Positions 59,572-64,000 of a stretch of 64,000 nt of DNA are shown here, piece after piece. The position numbers and the translations under genes were made by a program. The notes under the pieces were generated by a model that saw only the letters and a list, made by a program, of their open reading frames with translations, was not told the DNA's origin and ran no database searches. Position 1 is the first letter of the stretch; every line of letters starts with the position of its first letter. This DNA comes from an uncultured virus (IMG/VR IMGVR_UViG_3300017698_000118) (taxonomy: Duplodnaviria; Heunggongvirae; Uroviricota; Caudoviricetes), in the IMG/VR virus record IMGVR_UViG_3300017698_000118, positions 1 to 64,000 of that record; one strand, 5' to 3'.

Positions 59572-61749
59572 ATGAAATCAATTGATCAGATGGACTATAA
59601 CTCCACTGCTGAAAAGTTAGTAAACGTACTCTGCGAGAAAACGGAAAATCAAGATCGTCACTTTTTCCGCATTCAAGTGGCTTACTTTTTCAGTAAAGTT
59701 GCATCAATGATGCGGACTACTATTCAGACACCTGATCGTGGCGACATCCCTGTTAATATGTATGGTATTAACCTAGCCATTTCAGGTTACGGTAAGGGGA
59801 TGTCAATGAATATCATGGAAGATTCTGTTATCCCCGGCTTTCGCGGAAGGTTTTTAAAAGAAACTTTCCCACACGTCAGTAAAACCAACTTGGCAAAAAT
59901 TGCTGTTGATCGTGCATCTAAATCTGGGCAAGACCCTGATGAAGTAGAGCTCCCTAGAGTATCCAATGAGTTTAATAATTTAGGCGAATTGGCTTTCTCT
60001 TTTGACTCAGCCACCACAGCAGCTATCAAACAGATGCGTCTAAAGCTCCTCATGTCAGACGCAGGCTCTATCAATATGGAAATTGATGAGATAGGTAGCA
60101 ATCTACTCGGTAATTCCGATGTATTGTCTACCTTTCTCGAACTGTTTGATATGGGTAAAGTCAAACAGAAACTGACCAAGAATACAGTGGAAAACCAGCG
60201 TCTGGCAGATATTGAAGGTAAAACTCCTGCAAACTGCTTACTCTTTGGTACTCCATCTAAGGTATTCGATGGAGGCAAAATTGAAGAAGAAATGCGTTCC
60301 ATGCTTGGTACTGGTTATGCTCGTCGTAGCTTCTTTGGCTGTGCCAATAGTCCTCTTAAAGACATGTCCACGACAGTGGAAGAGACTTACGATAAGCTCA
60401 CCAATACCGGTTCAGCCGATTTTAAGAAAAAACTGCGGGCTCATTTTTATGATCTTGCAGATATCAGTAATTTCAATATACACCTCACAGTTAGCAAACC
60501 TGTTGCTCTACTGAATATTGAATACAAAAAATTCTGTGAAAAGCGTGCAATTAACCTTCCTGAGCACGAAGAGATCCTCAAAGCAGAAATGAACCACCGC
60601 TACTTCAAAGCAATGAAACTGGCGGGTGTTTACGCTTTCACTGAAGAGTCCTTAGAGGTAACAGAAGAACATCTCTACAGCGCTATTCGGTTGGCAGAAG
60701 ATTCAGGCGATGCCTTGAAGCGTATGCTCAAACGAGAACGCCCATATATGCGTATTGCTCGTTACCTTTCTGAGTTAGACAGCCCGGTAACTCACGTCGA
60801 TCTGATCGAAGATTTGCCCTGCTACCGTGGGTCTGCTGCGCATCGGAGAGATTTACTGGATCAAGCTATTGCTTGGGGTTATACCAATAACATTCTTATC
60901 AAAAAGAGTGTCAATGATGGTGTAGATTTTCTTAGTGCAGAAACTATGGAAAGAGTTGATCCAGAGAAAATGCGAATTTCTTACGGGACGCAATTAGCTC
61001 ATAACTATAGCAACGACTATGCTAAGTTCAGTTGCTTTGAAAAATTGACACAAACCCCTGGACTGCATTGGATTAACCATCACCTCTATAACGGTGAAAA
61101 AGGTGCAGGTCATCGCTTGAAAGAAAACATTCTGACAGGCTGTGACATGATTGTGCTGGATATAGACAAGGGAACCACCATTCAAATGGCCCAATCCTTG
61201 CTGTCCAATTTTACTTATCACATGCATACCACTAAACGGCACACTCCTGACGCTCATCGTTTCCGTGTGATTATTCCATTGAGCCATCAAGTGAAATTAA
61301 ATGATGAAGACTTCAAGCAATTTATGAAGAATATCTTCAATTGGCTTCCTTTTGAGGTAGATGAACCCACTTCCCAGCGTGAACGTAAGTGGATGACCCA
61401 TAAAGGGCAGTACTGGACAAATGAAGGTGAACCTTTGGATGCCCTGCTGTTCATTCCTAAAACCAAGAAAGAAGAAAACACTCGCCGTGAATTAGCAGAT
61501 CTATCTAACTTGGATAATCTGGAACGGTGGTTTGCCAATAAAACACAGGAAGGGGATCGCTCCAATAAGCTGGTACGCTATGCACTTATGCTTGTGGATT
61601 CAGGTGCAGATATTGATACCGTACGTATAAAAACTTCTGACCTTAACCAGAAATTGGCTGATCCTCTTGATCAAGCAGAAGTAAATAACACCATCATGGT
61701 GACAGTAGCTCGACGTATTACTGAGCGTGCTCAATCACAAACTCATTAA
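59572..61749 (+). CDS. DNA primase (N4 gp43/dns-like)
   Basis: GDIPVN.Y, LDIDKG and TTKRH...RFR primase motifs; C-terminal GDRSNKL. Confidence 0.88.
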   Translation: MKSIDQMDYNSTAEKLVNVLCEKTENQDRHFFRIQVAYFFSKVASMMRTTIQTPDRGDIPVNMYGINLAISGYGKGMSMNIMEDSVIPGFRGRFLKETFPHVSKTNLAKIAVDRASKSGQDPDEVELPRVSNEFNNLGELAFSFDSATTAAIKQMRLKLLMSDAGSINMEIDEIGSNLLGNSDVLSTFLELFDMGKVKQKLTKNTVENQRLADIEGKTPANCLLFGTPSKVFDGGKIEEEMRSMLGTGYARRSFFGCANSPLKDMSTTVEETYDKLTNTGSADFKKKLRAHFYDLADISNFNIHLTVSKPVALLNIEYKKFCEKRAINLPEHEEILKAEMNHRYFKAMKLAGVYAFTEESLEVTEEHLYSAIRLAEDSGDALKRMLKRERPYMRIARYLSELDSPVTHVDLIEDLPCYRGSAAHRRDLLDQAIAWGYTNNILIKKSVNDGVDFLSAETMERVDPEKMRISYGTQLAHNYSNDYAKFSCFEKLTQTPGLHWINHHLYNGEKGAGHRLKENILTGCDMIVLDIDKGTTIQMAQSLLSNFTYHMHTTKRHTPDAHRFRVIIPLSHQVKLNDEDFKQFMKNIFNWLPFEVDEPTSQRERKWMTHKGQYWTNEGEPLDALLFIPKTKKEENTRRELADLSNLDNLERWFANKTQEGDRSNKLVRYALMLVDSGADIDTVRIKTSDLNQKLADPLDQAEVNNTIMVTVARRITERAQSQTH

Positions 61750-61781
61750 TTGTTTTTTTTACTATCAAAACAGGATTAATC

Positions 61782-62555
61782 ATGTCAGATGATGAAAATA
61801 ATACTGTAGAAGTGGAACAGTCTAATGACAATCTAGTATTGATTACTGGAGTGTCGGGTACTGGTAAATCAGCTTCTCTCCATAAACTGGAAAACCCTGA
61901 AGATGTTCTTTATTTGAACTGCGAATCAGGTAAACGGTTGCCCTTCTCAGCTAAATTCCGAAAAGGAGCCAATGGTCGAGTAGGTGTAACCATTACTGAT
62001 CCTTACCAAGTTTACGGTGTTTTCGATGCTGCAGATTCCATGGGTGCAAAGACTATCATTATTGACAGTCTGACCTATCTCATGGATATGTTTGAGTCCA
62101 ATTACGTTTTGAACTCAGAAGATTCTCGAAAGGCTTGGAACGACTACCAACAATTCTTCAAGAAGCTGATGCAGGATAAGGTAGCGAAGTCCAAACAAGC
62201 AGTGATCTTCACTGGTCACACTTTGGCCTTCTATAACGAAGAACAACGCATTATTGAAAACAAAATGCCAGTAAAAGGAGCACTGAAAAACCAAGGACTG
62301 GAATCCTATTTTTCTTTTTTTTTATCCACTAAGAAAGTTAAAATTGCGGATTTGGAAGATTATAAGAATGATCTTCTGAATATCACCGAAGATGACAAGT
62401 TGGTTGGATACAAGCATGTATTCCAGACCCGCATCACAGGTGATACCGTCAATGAACGTATCCGTTCCCCTATGGGTATGTTCACCGTCAAAGAGACTTT
62501 CATCGATAACGATGTACAGGCTCTACTCAATCGTATCAAAACTTACTACAACTAA
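61782..62555 (+). CDS. AAA_24/Sak4-like ATPase (N4 gp44-like)
   Basis: GVSGTGKS, YLNCESGK.LPF, IIDSLTYLMD, ERIRSPMGMF. Confidence 0.88.
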   Translation: MSDDENNTVEVEQSNDNLVLITGVSGTGKSASLHKLENPEDVLYLNCESGKRLPFSAKFRKGANGRVGVTITDPYQVYGVFDAADSMGAKTIIIDSLTYLMDMFESNYVLNSEDSRKAWNDYQQFFKKLMQDKVAKSKQAVIFTGHTLAFYNEEQRIIENKMPVKGALKNQGLESYFSFFLSTKKVKIADLEDYKNDLLNITEDDKLVGYKHVFQTRITGDTVNERIRSPMGMFTVKETFIDNDVQALLNRIKTYYN

Positions 62556-62575
62556 ACCAGTAACGGAGTAATACC

Positions 62576-63313
62576 ATGGATTTGAGCCAATTTAGCCAAG
62601 ACTCTCAAGCAGAAGGCGAAAAGGATATTATCGGTGGCGGTGGTTTCCTTCAGGATTCTGATGCCAAAGAGTGGACCATCAAATTTGCTTATCTCGATAA
62701 GTCTGCTGGTGGTGCCGCTAACCTGAATCTGCGAATGGTGGATAGCGAAGGTAAAGAATACCGTGAAACCATCTACTTCACTAACAAGAAAGGTGAAACT
62801 TTCTACGAGCGTGAAGGCAAGCGTCATAACCTGCCGGGCTTTAACCAAGTACAGGCAATCTGCCTGCTGGCTGGTAAAAAAGAACTGAAGGACATGACCA
62901 CTGAAACCCAAGCAATTCCTGTCTATGACTTCGATGCTAAAACCGAAGTCATTAAAGAAATGGCTTGCGTAAAAGAGCTGGATGGCGCTAAAGCAATCTT
63001 TGCTATTCTTCGTTTCATCGAAGACAAGAAAAAGAAAAACGAGTCCACTGGCACTTACGAAGCCACTGGGGAAACCCGTGAAGCCAACCGTATTGACAAA
63101 GTTTTCCAGAGTGGTACTAAGCGTACAGTTGCGGAAGTTATTGCCAAAAAAGAAACAGGCGAATTCTTGGATAAATGGTTGGAAAAACATCAAAACCAAG
63201 TTATCGACCTGTCCAAAGGTAAGTCTGGTGCTAAAAGCGGGAATTCGGGTGATGCACCTAAATCCAATGAAGGCGGAGGCTCAGCCAAGAGCGGCGAGTC
63301 TCTCTTCAGCTAA
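62576..63313 (+). CDS. ssb: Single-stranded DNA-binding protein (N4 gp45-like)
   Basis: D.IGGG, KFAY..KS.GGA, LPGF, ETRE.N.IDK and terminal SLF motif. Confidence 0.85.
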   Translation: MDLSQFSQDSQAEGEKDIIGGGGFLQDSDAKEWTIKFAYLDKSAGGAANLNLRMVDSEGKEYRETIYFTNKKGETFYEREGKRHNLPGFNQVQAICLLAGKKELKDMTTETQAIPVYDFDAKTEVIKEMACVKELDGAKAIFAILRFIEDKKKKNESTGTYEATGETREANRIDKVFQSGTKRTVAEVIAKKETGEFLDKWLEKHQNQVIDLSKGKSGAKSGNSGDAPKSNEGGGSAKSGESLFS

Positions 63314-63810
63314 TGTCTAGTAATATAAAGAGACAACTCTTTATAGGGGTAGGCCCCGGTGTGACCGGGGCTATCTGTTTACTGGAACCAGTTGAACAGA
63401 AGATAGCTTTTTGCGAAACCACTCTGCTATTTCCTAAATTAGTAGAGTGGCTGTTAAAGGCAAAAAACGAAGGTAACTTACGTTTTGCTACTGTGGAAGA
63501 TGTGCATAGTATTCCGGGCGCAGCGTCCAAATCTAGTTTCAACTTTGGACGTAACTTGGAAAAATTGCATAACGCTCTCGCCATGGCAGGAATACCTACA
63601 GATCTTGTTCAACCCAAAGCATGGCAAAAGACTATAGGTTTAAGACCTAAGATTCCTAAAGATAAGATCAAAAAAGAAGTTGCAGCTATTGCTATGCGGT
63701 TGTACCCTTCTGCTTCTCTTTATGGACCTAGAGGCGGCTTATTAGATGGTAGAAGTGACGCCTTAATGATCGCCCATTATTGTTATCTAACCCATAAAAT
63801 TAAGGACTAA
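63313..63810 (+). CDS. RuvC-like Holliday junction resolvase (N4 gp46-like)
   Basis: IG..PG..GA, VEDVHS, V.PK.WQK and DGRSDALMIAHY; the first catalytic Asp is absent (IGVGPG). Confidence 0.75.
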   Translation: MSSNIKRQLFIGVGPGVTGAICLLEPVEQKIAFCETTLLFPKLVEWLLKAKNEGNLRFATVEDVHSIPGAASKSSFNFGRNLEKLHNALAMAGIPTDLVQPKAWQKTIGLRPKIPKDKIKKEVAAIAMRLYPSASLYGPRGGLLDGRSDALMIAHYCYLTHKIKD

Positions 63811-63815
63811 TACTT

Positions 63816-64000
63816 ATGAGCACAAAACTGACTCTCTCCCAAAGTGAGATCCAAAAAGCCTTGGTTCTTTATGTGAACCACCAAGGTTTCCGTTGTACTG
63901 TCGAGTCTGCCAATTTCGATTTCTTGGCCAAACGTACTGGCAATGAAGGCGTTGTGTGTACCATGGAAGTTAGCCCTCCTGAACTGCGTTACATGCATGA
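63816..64000 (+). CDS. Hypothetical protein (partial)
   Basis: AAGGA RBS; MSTKLTLSQSEIQKAL..., open to the window end. Confidence 0.55.
   Translation, partial: MSTKLTLSQSEIQKALVLYVNHQGFRCTVESANFDFLAKRTGNEGVVCTMEVSPPELRYMH

Overview
The window is most of the genome of an N4-like podovirus (Schitoviridae-type), circularly permuted. Positions 1-27031 (minus strand) hold the late/structural block: the 5' part of the giant virion RNA polymerase, internal virion proteins, major capsid, portal, three related tail-fibre genes, terminase and a DUF2829/Tad2-like gene. The probable genome end lies at about 27.0-27.7 kb. It is followed on the plus strand by early genes under three N4-type hairpin promoters, a Drc/gp2-like activator, the two-subunit RNAP II, a GC-rich mosaic of small genes, an inverted lysis cassette and the replication block (MoxR/vWA pair, rIIA/B, helicase, PolA, primase, SSB, RuvC-like). 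The most striking unexplained element is a ~1.27 kb ORF-free stretch (44151-45416) packed with structured RNA modules. It contains a canonical hammerhead ribozyme, two broken tRNAs, a 164-nt multibranched RNA closed by a tRNA-Asn-like acceptor stem with CCA, a multiply pseudoknotted element and long G-U-containing hairpins, and its two ends are complementary. The assembly has N gaps and probable base errors, including an in-frame stop in the DNA polymerase. All product calls come from motif recognition and synteny, not database searches.
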